DNA of 64,000 nucleotides, taken from contig JAEXUD010000058.1 in NCBI GenBank assembly GCA_023453025.1, positions 907 through 64,906 on the forward strand, in the 5' to 3' direction. The translations under genes were made by a program, and so were the position numbers. The notes below the pieces were generated by a model that did not search any database, was not told where the DNA came from, and was given only the letters and a program-made list of their open reading frames with translations. The stretch is from Bacillota bacterium (GTDB taxonomy: Bacteria; Bacillota; Clostridia; Tissierellales; Sedimentibacteraceae). Below are positions 20,189 through 30,636 of the stretch, piece after piece (positions within the stretch are counted from its first letter, which is position 1; the number at the start of each line of letters is the position of its first letter).

Positions 20189-20734
20189 CTAATAGTTGGC
20201 ACAGTGGAGCTGGTAATAACCCTGGGGATAATGGCATATAGGGCATATTTCAGGCGCACATTCACTCCATACAAGATTCCCGCAGCTCAGGCAAACCCAA
20301 ACGGATCTTGTCGGTTTGCAAAACACCTCGTTAGTTATTATATTACCAGCCAGCTCATTAAATCTAAATTGTTGATGCCTTTCAATAACTGCTATTCCTT
20401 CAAACATATTCGCAATATCTGTATATCCCTCTTCCCGTGCTGTTTCAGCATATTGCAAAAATAAATCCGTACCTTCGAATCTTTCAACATTTGCGGCATC
20501 TTGTAAGTTTTCCAGGGTTGTAGGCATTTCGCCCTGGAGGATAAATCCAAGCCATATTTCTGCATGCTGCTGCTCATGTCTTGCTGTCGCATCAAATATA
20601 TCTCCTATCTGCTGGTATCCGTCTCTCCTTGCCCTTAAAGCGTCGATTCTGTATCTTGTACTTTCAACTGATTCTAAATTGTAGGAATTAAGTAAATTCT
20701 GATATGTCTGACTATTAACAAAATCATTTACCAT
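20189..20734 (-). CDS. rbr: Rubrerythrin family protein
   Basis: Ferritin-like EQQH, AREEGY; C-terminal CLSC...CPIC rubredoxin domain. Confidence 0.88.
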   Translation of the reverse strand: MVNDFVNSQTYQNLLNSYNLESVESTRYRIDALRARRDGYQQIGDIFDATARHEQQHAEIWLGFILQGEMPTTLENLQDAANVERFEGTDLFLQYAETAREEGYTDIANMFEGIAVIERHQQFRFNELAGNIITNEVFCKPTRSVWVCLSCGNLVWSECAPEICPICHYPQGYYQLHCANY

Positions 20735-20764
20735 ATGTTCACATCCTTACTATAAGTATACACT

Positions 20765-20792
20765 ATATTATGTATCAAACAATATAAGGTGT
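20765..20792 (-). promoter_or_regulatory. SigK-like promoter of rubrerythrin
   Basis: ACAC-N16-CATAATAT. Confidence 0.6.
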
Positions 20793-20820
20793 GAAAAGTA
20801 TTTGTAATTTCCAGTATACA

Positions 20821-21609
20821 TTATCCAAAATTTCTGTTGAAACGTTCATTAAGCTTTTCATTGATTTTAATACCTTTAAGGTATTCTTTAACTAAATCGG
20901 CTGTAATGCCTATCCCTTCATTATATAACTCAAATAATTTTTCATTGATATCCTTGCACTCTTCAGCAGGTTCATAATTCATAATCAGTCCTATCATGCC
21001 GTCATAATTACCGGAAGCTTTAAGTCCTGCGATAATCAGATTCCTTTTAATAAATCCAGGAGCTGCCAACAGGTTTAAGTAAAACTTCATAGATTTTAAT
21101 GCTTTCAGCACATCTTCTTTTGATACTTCATCAAAAAAACCTGATATTATTTCAGCATTTCCAAAACTCGGGTGTATATGAAATGTAGGTTTAAAGGATA
21201 CGGGATTTAAATTGTTTTTAATCATAAGCATTCTGTCAAATTCGGTTTCTATTGTACCATGAGTCAGCTTGTCGCTTTCTTTTTGCCTTATATAGGGATG
21301 ACATTGTGTATCCAGCATAAAGTGACATATGAATCCGCAAATATACGCACACGCAGCTTCATTATCACTACAGTTATTTATAACCTTTCTGGCATTGTCA
21401 AAAAACCCTTTTGCAGATAAGTTGTGTAAATTATGTCCTATTTTACTGATTTCATTAGATTTTAACGGTTTATAGTAGAACAAAATATCAGGTCCGTGAA
21501 GACCTATATTAAATAAATCCATATTTTTATCAATACACATTTTAATGTCATCATCTAATACCTTCAAGACTTCCTGACCAAATGTATAATGAGCGTATGT
21601 AGTTGGCAT
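20821..21609 (-). CDS. Zinc-dependent phospholipase C family protein
   Basis: MPTTYAHY, GLHGPD, CHFMLDTQCHPY, HGTIETEFD. Confidence 0.85.
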   Translation of the reverse strand: MPTTYAHYTFGQEVLKVLDDDIKMCIDKNMDLFNIGLHGPDILFYYKPLKSNEISKIGHNLHNLSAKGFFDNARKVINNCSDNEAACAYICGFICHFMLDTQCHPYIRQKESDKLTHGTIETEFDRMLMIKNNLNPVSFKPTFHIHPSFGNAEIISGFFDEVSKEDVLKALKSMKFYLNLLAAPGFIKRNLIIAGLKASGNYDGMIGLIMNYEPAEECKDINEKLFELYNEGIGITADLVKEYLKGIKINEKLNERFNRNFG

Positions 21610-21621
21610 ATTAACCTCCGA

Positions 21622-22086
21622 TTATAAAGCTTTTTCCAATGAAAGAAGTTTTTCTTTCGTATCAAGCCCGCTTGCATAACCGACTAATTTTCCATTTGAG
21701 CCGATGACTCTGTGGCAGGGTACAAAAATCATAATTGGATTCTTGTTGTTTGCCATTCCTACTGCTCTTGCAGCTTTTGGATTCCCAACCTGCTCGGCAA
21801 TTTGCTTATAGCTTCTTGTTTCTCCATAGGGTATGCTGCAAAGTGCATTCCATACCTTTTTTTGAAATTCTGTACCTTGTGGGTCAAGGGGCAAATCAAA
21901 TGATTTTCTTGAACCGTCAAAATATTCGTTGAGCTGCTTTGCTGCTTCTTTTATAATACTTGTTTCCGATACATTAATTCCTCTCGCATCCATGCAGTCC
22001 GATGTTTCCACACCGATTATTGTATTGTCATTTTCTATTATTGCAATTTTCCCGATTTTTGTATCATAAAAAAATACGTTTTTCAT
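21622..22086 (-). CDS. ogt: Methylated-DNA--protein-cysteine methyltransferase
   Basis: GTEFQKKVW, PCHRV active site; ATG 22086 after AGAGAAGG. Confidence 0.93.
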   Translation of the reverse strand: MKNVFFYDTKIGKIAIIENDNTIIGVETSDCMDARGINVSETSIIKEAAKQLNEYFDGSRKSFDLPLDPQGTEFQKKVWNALCSIPYGETRSYKQIAEQVGNPKAARAVGMANNKNPIMIFVPCHRVIGSNGKLVGYASGLDTKEKLLSLEKAL

Positions 22087-22177
22087 TACCCTACCTTCTC
22101 TCTGCAGTAATTTCCTGCTTTTATAATACAATAAAACCTTGATTAATTCAATACACGACTTGATAATCTTATGATTA

Positions 22178-22203
22178 ACCAAACAATAATACTTTCATAT
22201 ACT
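22178..22203 (+). promoter_or_regulatory. SigK-like promoter of the LD-carboxypeptidase
   Basis: AC-N16-CATATACT. Confidence 0.55.
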
Positions 22204-22238
22204 GATATGAAAGTAATTTTTATGCGGAGGCGATATAA

Positions 22239-23177
22239 ATGGCAATGAGGACAGCAATAAGACCACCTATCCTGCAAGAAGGGGATACTATTGGTATAGT
22301 AACTCTCGGAAGTCCGCGGGATGAAGCCACAATTAATGAAAGAATACAGTATCTTGAAGGTCTTGGTTATAATGTAATTGTAGGAGAATATGTATACTCA
22401 TCGGCAGGTTACCTGGCAGCAACACCCCAGCAACGTGCATCTGATTTAATGAATATGTTTGAAAATCCAATTGTTAAAGCAATAATTCCTGTAAGAGGCG
22501 GCACCGGTGTAAAGGATGTAATTCCGTACCTTGATTATAATGCAATACGACGAAACCCGACAATAATCACCGGCTACAGCGATATAACAGTATTGTTGAA
22601 TGTGTTGTACATATGGTCAAATCTGATTACTTTTCACAGTCTTCTCCTGATTGACTTCAGGGACACCACTCCTGAATACAATTTCAATCAGTTTTTTACT
22701 GCAACATCTACAATGACATCCCCAAGGCCTTTGGAAAATCCTCCCGGCATACCGTTAGTAAGCAGAGTGCCCGGCAATGTTACAGGAACCATTGTGGGAG
22801 GAAATTTGCAGTCATTTGTAGATACATTGGGAACTCCTTACGAAATTGACACAACCGGAAGGATTCTCTTCATAGAAGAAACCCATGAATCTGTCAGCCG
22901 TGTTTACAGGCTTGTGACTCACCTGATTCATGCCGGTAAATTCCAGGATTGTGCGGGAATAATTGTCGGAGAGTGTACGAATTGCCCCGATGCCTATGGC
23001 AAAACATATGAAGATTTGATTAATGAAGTCCTGGTTCCATTAGGCAAGCCTCTTATGACAAATTTGGCTTCAGGCCATGGCTATTACAAAATGGCGATTC
23101 CCATAGGAGCAATAACAAATCTAAATACTGTTAACAATACACTGACTGTTCTTGAGCCTACGGTAAGTCTTTTATAA
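22239..23177 (+). CDS. LD-carboxypeptidase (peptidase S66)
   Basis: RGG, GYSDIT nucleophile motif, GGNL, EE, GH. Confidence 0.92.
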   Translation: MAMRTAIRPPILQEGDTIGIVTLGSPRDEATINERIQYLEGLGYNVIVGEYVYSSAGYLAATPQQRASDLMNMFENPIVKAIIPVRGGTGVKDVIPYLDYNAIRRNPTIITGYSDITVLLNVLYIWSNLITFHSLLLIDFRDTTPEYNFNQFFTATSTMTSPRPLENPPGIPLVSRVPGNVTGTIVGGNLQSFVDTLGTPYEIDTTGRILFIEETHESVSRVYRLVTHLIHAGKFQDCAGIIVGECTNCPDAYGKTYEDLINEVLVPLGKPLMTNLASGHGYYKMAIPIGAITNLNTVNNTLTVLEPTVSLL

Positions 23178-23200
23178 ATGGATATGAAATTTGATATAGT

Positions 23201-23238
23201 AAAAGGATTTTGAATTATACTTTAATCAAAATCCTTTT
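23201..23238. terminator. Bidirectional terminator
   Basis: AAAAGGATTTTGA..TCAAAATCCTTTT between convergent genes. Confidence 0.8.
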
Positions 23239-23286
23239 TGTTAATCAATTAATAGTATTTGTTTTACGTCTTTCCTTTATAAAAAA

Positions 23287-24288
23287 TTATATTACTTTAA
23301 CAACATCATTCATTTCATTTATCAATTCTGAAGCAGACGGGAAAGGATTCATAACAGTCCAAAAACTTACTCCTGCCAGGCCATATTCATTCACAAGGTT
23401 AAGCTTTGCTCTTAAACTTCTTTCATCTTCAAACCAAACTACGTGACGGCGCCCTTGCATGTCGGTATATTCATAAAATGGTGCCTGGGCTGTTTCATCA
23501 AATTGAATTTGTACGCCTACGCTTGCTGCCCTGGAAATTGCCTCCGGAATAGATAAATTTTCAGCTTCTGACTCACCCTGTACAAAAGGCAGTGTCCAAT
23601 CATATCCATAGTTCGGTATTCCAATTAAAATTTTGTCAGCCGGTATTTGTGTCAAGCCATATTCTATTACTTGTCTTACATTGTTTATAGGTGCCACAGC
23701 CATTGGAGGACCGTAAGTATACCCCCATTCATATGTCATCAGGAGTGCCAGGTCGGCTGCATTTCCCAAGCCCTGATAATCATGGCCCTCATACAGGAGA
23801 CCCGGTTGCTCGGTATAGGTTTTTGGAGCTAATGCAACTAATGTAACGGCTCCTATTGCATTAAGTCTTTCTTCCATTTGCCGTACTAATTGAACATATT
23901 CATCTGCATCATCTGCAAATATAAATTCGAAGTCAAAATCTACTCCATAATAATCTTTTGCTAAAACTGCATTATAAACATTATTTACTAACCTGTTTCT
24001 TGCTTCAGGGTTGTTTAAAACCTGACTTGCAAGCTCATTGCTGAAATTACCCTGTTCATCTAAGGGCGTCAGTACCATTAAAGGTGCCACACCGCTTCTG
24101 TAAGCATCCTGAATTAAACCTTCATCAGATAATGGTATTAAATCACCATCTTCTGTAAAGCCATAGCTAAAGGAAGACACATATGTTAAATTGTCGGCCC
24201 ATTGTTGGAAAACCATACGATTTATAAAAGGATATGCATATCCGACAACTATTATTGGTCTGTTTTGTAAAGCTCTTATATAATACAA
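23287..24288 (-). CDS. Glycoside hydrolase family 18 spore germination protein (YaaH/SleL-like, no LysM)
   Basis: GVDFDFE, MTYEWG, GPPMAVAP, HVVWFED; TTG start after AGGAGGTG. Confidence 0.88.
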   Translation of the reverse strand: MYYIRALQNRPIIVVGYAYPFINRMVFQQWADNLTYVSSFSYGFTEDGDLIPLSDEGLIQDAYRSGVAPLMVLTPLDEQGNFSNELASQVLNNPEARNRLVNNVYNAVLAKDYYGVDFDFEFIFADDADEYVQLVRQMEERLNAIGAVTLVALAPKTYTEQPGLLYEGHDYQGLGNAADLALLMTYEWGYTYGPPMAVAPINNVRQVIEYGLTQIPADKILIGIPNYGYDWTLPFVQGESEAENLSIPEAISRAASVGVQIQFDETAQAPFYEYTDMQGRRHVVWFEDERSLRAKLNLVNEYGLAGVSFWTVMNPFPSASELINEMNDVVKVI

Positions 24289-24307
24289 TATCTTCACCTC
24301 CTGGTAC

Positions 24308-24336
24308 AGTATATGAGGTTTTTAATAAAGTGATAT
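24308..24336 (-). promoter_or_regulatory. SigE/SigK-like promoter of the GH18 gene
   Basis: ATA-N18-CATATACT. Confidence 0.45.
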
Positions 24337-24405
24337 AAATTGTGTCCGTGTGATACTTACTTTTATTTATCAGAAACAAAAAATTCAAAGACTGTCTTCC
24401 CTGTT

Positions 24406-24822
24406 TTATTTATGCTCTATTTCGGTAACACATTCGTTTTTTATTTTTCCGACCAGAAATTGCAGTGCATCTATTACATGTGGTCTGATGTCGCCGCCGA
24501 TCAGCACATACATTATGTCATCACCAACATTGAGGATACCTTTATTAAGCCAAACCCTGACATGAAAAACACCTGTCATCTTGTAGGTTTCCTCTATTGC
24601 TTGATTCACCTTGTCAGCGTCATAATTAAACTCCATGCCTTTTACCAGGGTACCGTCATCTATACCCTGTCTTACCATTGCTTTTGGTGTCTGACGGACT
24701 ACTCCGTTATGAACTAAATACATGCCCTCCTGTGACGACACAGAATCAGCTTTAGCTTCCTTCAGCCATTGATCTATTGATGGTGAAGCTTTGGGAAATG
24801 TCCCCGTATTTTCGTTATTCAT
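24406..24822 (-). CDS. moaE: Molybdopterin synthase catalytic subunit MoaE family
   Basis: HNGVVR, GILNVGDDIMYVLIGGDIR, IK motif. Confidence 0.85.
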   Translation of the reverse strand: MNNENTGTFPKASPSIDQWLKEAKADSVSSQEGMYLVHNGVVRQTPKAMVRQGIDDGTLVKGMEFNYDADKVNQAIEETYKMTGVFHVRVWLNKGILNVGDDIMYVLIGGDIRPHVIDALQFLVGKIKNECVTEIEHK

Positions 24823-24874
24823 AGTATACTCCTGAATTTTATTTGTTTGTGTATTATATCATATAAATTTGAGC

Positions 24875-25759
24875 TTAATAAAATAAAAATGTTAAATAGC
24901 TTGTTGTTTCTTCCATCTTTTTTTGAAGAATAAGCTCTGAATTGCTGTGATTTAACAGCTTCATATCAGATGAATCCAGCTTATCCATCATTTTAATCAT
25001 TGTAACAATGCTTACCGGAGAATCCATATTGTCATTGGTAAAGGACATTATTTGGTTAATATTTTTATTTTTAATCGCTTCAAGGCTGATTGAATCCATT
25101 TTTTCTGCCTCTTCTAAATTCAAATAATGGGAAAAATCAACCGACGCAATAAACAGTGTCCTGTCCTTGTCAACCAGATTGCTCAAATCTTCAACTATCT
25201 TGTCAAGATCCTTCAGCTTAGTTTGCCTTGTTATAACAAGTGTAACTATTTTTACATCATCTAAATAATACTTGATAAACGGCACTATGGTTGATGTGGA
25301 ATGCTCCATGGCCAGCTTATCGTCATCTTCGATTATGATGTTGTTTTTTAACAGCTCCCCGGTAATATCCTCGTCAGTCTGCAGCACGCCCGCTGGCGTC
25401 TGCCAATCCTTAAGTGTAGTAAAAATTTTTCCCATCATAATACTTTCATGATCCGGTCCAATCAGAACCACAGTTTCATAATCATGATTTTTTACATTTT
25501 GAAAAACCTCATGAATCAAATCACCGGCAACTAAATGGTGCGGCAGTATAACTCCTCGTATACTGCCTGCGCCGTCATACGGTTCGAATTCTTTGATATT
25601 AACAAAATCAACAGGATTGTAATACAGACATTCCATATTGTTTTTGCTGTTAAAATAGTCTGAATTTGTTTGTTCTTCCTTCTCTTTATAAATACTGATG
25701 ATTAATGTCAATACAATAATTATTGATATAATAGTTGATGTTTTAGGTATTTTATTCAA
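24875..25759 (-). CDS. AmmeMemoRadiSam system protein B / Memo-like protein with N-terminal membrane anchor
   Basis: ILPHH, IGPDH, EHS, SVDFSHY; hydrophobic N-terminus. Confidence 0.85.
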   Translation of the reverse strand: MNKIPKTSTIISIIIVLTLIISIYKEKEEQTNSDYFNSKNNMECLYYNPVDFVNIKEFEPYDGAGSIRGVILPHHLVAGDLIHEVFQNVKNHDYETVVLIGPDHESIMMGKIFTTLKDWQTPAGVLQTDEDITGELLKNNIIIEDDDKLAMEHSTSTIVPFIKYYLDDVKIVTLVITRQTKLKDLDKIVEDLSNLVDKDRTLFIASVDFSHYLNLEEAEKMDSISLEAIKNKNINQIMSFTNDNMDSPVSIVTMIKMMDKLDSSDMKLLNHSNSELILQKKMEETTSYLTFLFY

Positions 25760-25782
25760 TTTGTAACCAGCCTGAAATTATT

Positions 25783-28700
25783 TTAATTAATGGTTAATAC
25801 GCTTTTGTCAACATAATTTAAATTTGCTTCAAATGCTTCTTTGATTACCGCATAGTCAACTGTATATTCTCCTTTTTGTGCCGCCTGCATATAAAATACT
25901 ATGGGAGCAATTGCCGAATGCTTATTATAAAAGTAATCAAACTTTAATTTTTGACCGTCAATATCAGACCTGTAAGTGTCCGGGCCTGCTTCTATATACC
26001 TGAATCCGGATGGAATTACATATGTTATCTCATATTGTCCATATTCTATTTCAGAAGCAAAGCCGGGCATAATTTCTACCTTTACTATATCCGACTGATT
26101 GTAGTTTGTTTGTTCAGTTGATTTGTCCCTTTGCACATAGCTTATTTTAATTGAGATATCATCAGTCCTGTGTTTGTCTAAATCATCCTTGTTGCCTGAC
26201 GCATCTACTTTGCATGCAATGCTTCCGTTAATTTTACTGAATTTTATATCTTTTATTTTTTCCTTTGGCACTGCAAAGCTTTCCCTGTCAAACAGCTTCA
26301 ATTTATATGTTTTCCCTGTACCGTCTGTAGTTACAGTCACCTCTCCGAACAAATCCTTGATTTCATCCAGCTTCATAATATCTCTGTTCATAATATAAAT
26401 CAGCTGTTCGAAATTGCTCAGGGTTTCATTGGATGGCTTGTTATAAATATATCGGAACATTTTGTCTCCGGTTTCAAAGTCATTAAGCTTTACCCCCAAA
26501 ACAGCCAAAAGCGCCGTAAGCTCATAATTATCTGTACTGTTTTGATTATTGTCATAGTATAAGTAGTCACCTGATTTTATTAAGCTGCTTGTCAGTTCCC
26601 TGTAATATTTATTGGCTTTCTTGTTATCTCCCAGCTCTGCAAGTGCAAGTGACAAATACAATTTATCTCTTACTCCCAGTTCAGACGGATGATTTTCAAG
26701 CAAATCATAGATAGTAAGCAATACCGGTTCTTTATAATTGCTTAATCCCCACAAGGATGCGGCAATGTTTGTATTGTACTCTGCATTGTTTTCAACATAA
26801 TATTTAAAGTAATATCTGAATTTGGAATTTAAGCTTTCATCATCTGTCAAATAAGACAGCTTGGCTGTTACCTCCATATCAGCAGAAGAATATGGAAACA
26901 GTTTGTATCCTCTTTCATTTTCCGATTCATATTCTGTTATTTTACTTATGAGATCCTCCTCGTCAAATTCTAAATTTGTTTTGAAATATTCGTTTATGTA
27001 TTTTCCGGCTATCATAGAACAAACTGTCTGGTCCAGTCTTCTGCCATAGCTTGATGAAATGGCATCCAGACTATTGTAAAAATCCGAGCTGCTTTCATTG
27101 AGAAGTGTGATGACAGGATTGGAATACACTTCTTCCAGTACAGTGTCCTCGGTAATTTTGTAATAATCCGTGTTATTGAAATATACATATGAATCTGCTA
27201 CATTAAATTCTTCTTTAATTGCATCCTTGTTGTTTTTACTGCTTGCCGTTACATATATTTCATAATTCCCTTCGTTTAGTTTTCCTAATAATACATTGGT
27301 ATAACTGCCCGTGATGCCTTTTTGCTCAAAATCTGTTTTTTTGCCTGTTTCTTTATTTTCAACAGTTATCTTGTAATCAACCTCTTCAGATTTTACTGTG
27401 TCAGTACCAAATACTCTTAATGCCGCATTGATGTTATCATCCTTCAAATATTCCCTGCCCATTATTAAATCTACAAAGAACGGTAAGCTGACAGTTATAT
27501 TTTTGGTTCCGCTGCCGGCATAGAGCTTATCTGATATAGCCTGGTATGTTATCCTCCATGAGGTAAGATTGTCGGGCAATTTGAATTTTAATGCTGCCTT
27601 GCCGCTTTTATCGGTTGTTACCGTTCTGAACATGGCAGTGTCTTCAAAATCATCCCTGAAGGCATTGTCATTTCCACCGCCTCCGCCCTTTTCGGCGCCG
27701 CCGCTGCCTGATGTGTTTATATCCATGTTTGAAAGATATTCTTTAATCAAGCCTGTATGAAATGAATATGTATATAAGTCATCTAATGTTCTGACATATT
27801 TTTCAAATAATGCAAAATAAGCCTCATCAACAACGCTTACATTTACATCAGCTGCACATGGATTTTTATTTTCGTCATATGCTTTTATATTTAGTGTTAC
27901 TTCCTCACCCGGCTTATAGTTCTCTTTGTCTGTAACCGCATCAAAATATATCTGTCTTTCTGTTCTGTCATAATATATAAATCCCGTCACCGGATACATG
28001 TATCCGTTTTTGATGTATGCTCCTTGAATTGATACATTAGGGATAAAAGCTTCGTCAAAATCATATTGTATATTTGTACCGTCAAAAAACTTACAGTCAA
28101 TTAAGCCGTTTCTTGCGAACATCAGTAACAGATTATCATTATCCGTGCTTACTGCCGTCTCGTTGTTATAGCTTACTTCCATATTTACAGCATCACCTGA
28201 CCTGTAGCTTTCCTTGGTGTCTGCCTTTTCCAGACTGTAGTAAAGTCTTTCATATGGTATATACCTGCCGTGGATATATGCTTCCTCTTCAATATTTTCA
28301 TTGACTTCATCATAGCAGGATGCGATTATCCTGTAGCTTCTGTTTTCGTCATAATTGGGGATTTCTATACCAGCAATTCCCGAAGAAATATTTACATCCT
28401 CATGATAGACTGTATTTTCAACCAATCTGTAATCATATATTGTATTATTGACCTTATTGACGTAGTCATATAATTCTTTGATTTTAATTTTTTCATAATA
28501 GCCTTCAATAATTCTTACATTAACCGTATCATCTAATGGCTTGCCTCTGAGCTCACTGTAGTCACCTGTTTGATCTGTGCTATAGTCCTCAATTACCAAT
28601 TCATGCAATAAAATATCTACAGCTGCCGGATTTTCATAATCTATATTTACTTCAAGCATTTTATTTTTGGGGAATACTTTAAAATTGTCCCAAAGACTTA

Positions 28701-30636
28701 CTGACGTATTCTCTGCTTCCTTGTTGTAGCAATATAAATCTATATTAACTGGTCTCCAGCTGCTGCTTTTAGCTTCAGTGTTTATTTTAACCTCTGCTTC
28801 TCCATTTTCATTCAATGTGATTTCATTGTCCATATCCTCATAGACTACAGAGCCATATGCAAAGCTGCCGTAAGTATGCGTATTAAACATGATCTTGAAA
28901 TTTGGCACCGGACTGCCGTCAAAAAAGCCGGCATTAACTTTATAGATTAGTTCATCACCTCTGTACATAACCTTTTTACTTAATTCACCGCTCATTGTAT
29001 AAAGGGGCTTGGTATATTTTCTTACTTCAATATATTTTGTAGACAGCTTGATATCATTATCATATACCTCAACACGCAGGCTGCCGGATGCTGTATTATT
29101 TAAATTGAATTGTGCCGTATATGTTCCGATATCTGTCAATTCAACCTGCTTGCTGTCCAGTATCAATTCTGTTCCTGATTCCACAAGATTGATTTTTACC
29201 TTGTTGACAGTATTTTCGTCTCTGTATCTTGCAAACCCCCAGACATTTACTGTATCTGTGTTCATGTAGACAGGTCTGTCTGTATCTATATATCTAAAGG
29301 ATTCCGATGCTTCACTTAAATTTCTGTAATAATAGTTTTGAAAAAGAGCACTGTCCGCATAAATAAAATCATTGTACCCTTTGGCTGCGACTCTTAAAAA
29401 TACTGTTTCATAGTCATCTGCCTTCTTCCTGCTGATTAATGTTCCGTTTTCATCAGTCACTCCTATATTTTTGTCATTTAGAATTATATTGGCATCCTGA
29501 ATACCATTGCCGCTCACGGTTTCCCCTGCAAATACCAACACCTGCTCTTCAAAAATGGCATTGTAAACCAGCATATCGTTTATTTGCATAAATAAATATG
29601 AATTTTCGACAAAACCTTCCGCGCTTAGTTCCAGCAAATAGTAGCCCTTTTTCATGTCATCGGGCAATTCAAAAATTGCTTTGTTTCTATAAGAGTATCT
29701 TTCATCTATAAATGGCTTTTGTTTTATTGAATTTATGCTTACTAAATTATTGGTGTTTTTTATATCCTCCGGAAATTTGCCTGTTTCGGCATACAGTCTT
29801 ACATCCTTGGCAAATTCATCGTCGGTTTTATACTGATATATATTGATTGTAAATTCCGCTTCGGTATATTGATTGCCTATGTATGCACCGACTAATTTAG
29901 CGTTATTCTCACTTATATTTATTAAAGGATTGTCAAAGTAAATTTCAGCATCTGAATTTCTTTCTGTAATGAAGCTGAAGGTATAATCTTCTTTTAATCG
30001 TTCAGTGCCGCCTTTTAATCCATAACCCTTTTTAACTGTAACTGTATATCTTGTATTGTGCTCCAGGCTTTCCGGAGCAAAAATAACACAATTGTCCTTA
30101 TAAATGAATCTTCCTTCTGCTTTAGGCTCAATTTCGAAATAATTGTCTATATCTTCAAAATCCTTAAGCGAAAAGTATATTTCTATACCTGAATTAACAG
30201 GGACATAGCTGCTTCCATCGGAAGGAATGGTATTTTCTATTTTGAATTCTTTTTTAGTTTGAAATGCCCAGGAATATTCAAAAGGTCCATCCATTAATTT
30301 TGCCTGATAAATCTTATTATTTTCCAGTTCGGTTGACGGAATAATATTGTAGATGGTCTTTGATACCTCTTCAATTTTAAATTCCTTTTCGGGAATAAGC
30401 TGAAGGTTATCCTTGATAAAGTTTTTGCTTATATTTTCCCTGCTGGTTAATTGAAAACCGGAAGAATTGTCAATGCCCTGATTGTCAGACTTAATTGCGG
30501 TAAGATCAAATTTATTTTCATCATATTGTATATCTGTCTTTTCAGCCGGCTGATCGACCGGATTTGTATTTTTATCGGAACATGCTGTTATTATAAGGCA
30601 AATACACAGTATTGATGCTGTTATTCTTTTATACAT
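25783..30636 (-). CDS. Alpha-2-macroglobulin family lipoprotein with N-terminal Ig-like domains
   Basis: Lipobox ITAC; DTDRPVY, YKPGEEV, SVVDEA, RDDFEDT...KLPDNLTSWR; YGRRLDQ at the thioester position. Confidence 0.85.
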   Translation of the reverse strand: MYKRITASILCICLIITACSDKNTNPVDQPAEKTDIQYDENKFDLTAIKSDNQGIDNSSGFQLTSRENISKNFIKDNLQLIPEKEFKIEEVSKTIYNIIPSTELENNKIYQAKLMDGPFEYSWAFQTKKEFKIENTIPSDGSSYVPVNSGIEIYFSLKDFEDIDNYFEIEPKAEGRFIYKDNCVIFAPESLEHNTRYTVTVKKGYGLKGGTERLKEDYTFSFITERNSDAEIYFDNPLINISENNAKLVGAYIGNQYTEAEFTINIYQYKTDDEFAKDVRLYAETGKFPEDIKNTNNLVSINSIKQKPFIDERYSYRNKAIFELPDDMKKGYYLLELSAEGFVENSYLFMQINDMLVYNAIFEEQVLVFAGETVSGNGIQDANIILNDKNIGVTDENGTLISRKKADDYETVFLRVAAKGYNDFIYADSALFQNYYYRNLSEASESFRYIDTDRPVYMNTDTVNVWGFARYRDENTVNKVKINLVESGTELILDSKQVELTDIGTYTAQFNLNNTASGSLRVEVYDNDIKLSTKYIEVRKYTKPLYTMSGELSKKVMYRGDELIYKVNAGFFDGSPVPNFKIMFNTHTYGSFAYGSVVYEDMDNEITLNENGEAEVKINTEAKSSSWRPVNIDLYCYNKEAENTSVSLWDNFKVFPKNKMLEVNIDYENPAAVDILLHELVIEDYSTDQTGDYSELRGKPLDDTVNVRIIEGYYEKIKIKELYDYVNKVNNTIYDYRLVENTVYHEDVNISSGIAGIEIPNYDENRSYRIIASCYDEVNENIEEEAYIHGRYIPYERLYYSLEKADTKESYRSGDAVNMEVSYNNETAVSTDNDNLLLMFARNGLIDCKFFDGTNIQYDFDEAFIPNVSIQGAYIKNGYMYPVTGFIYYDRTERQIYFDAVTDKENYKPGEEVTLNIKAYDENKNPCAADVNVSVVDEAYFALFEKYVRTLDDLYTYSFHTGLIKEYLSNMDINTSGSGGAEKGGGGGNDNAFRDDFEDTAMFRTVTTDKSGKAALKFKLPDNLTSWRITYQAISDKLYAGSGTKNITVSLPFFVDLIMGREYLKDDNINAALRVFGTDTVKSEEVDYKITVENKETGKKTDFEQKGITGSYTNVLLGKLNEGNYEIYVTASSKNNKDAIKEEFNVADSYVYFNNTDYYKITEDTVLEEVYSNPVITLLNESSSDFYNSLDAISSSYGRRLDQTVCSMIAGKYINEYFKTNLEFDEEDLISKITEYESENERGYKLFPYSSADMEVTAKLSYLTDDESLNSKFRYYFKYYVENNAEYNTNIAASLWGLSNYKEPVLLTIYDLLENHPSELGVRDKLYLSLALAELGDNKKANKYYRELTSSLIKSGDYLYYDNNQNSTDNYELTALLAVLGVKLNDFETGDKMFRYIYNKPSNETLSNFEQLIYIMNRDIMKLDEIKDLFGEVTVTTDGTGKTYKLKLFDRESFAVPKEKIKDIKFSKINGSIACKVDASGNKDDLDKHRTDDISIKISYVQRDKSTEQTNYNQSDIVKVEIMPGFASEIEYGQYEITYVIPSGFRYIEAGPDTYRSDIDGQKLKFDYFYNKHSAIAPIVFYMQAAQKGEYTVDYAVIKEAFEANLNYVDKSVLTIN

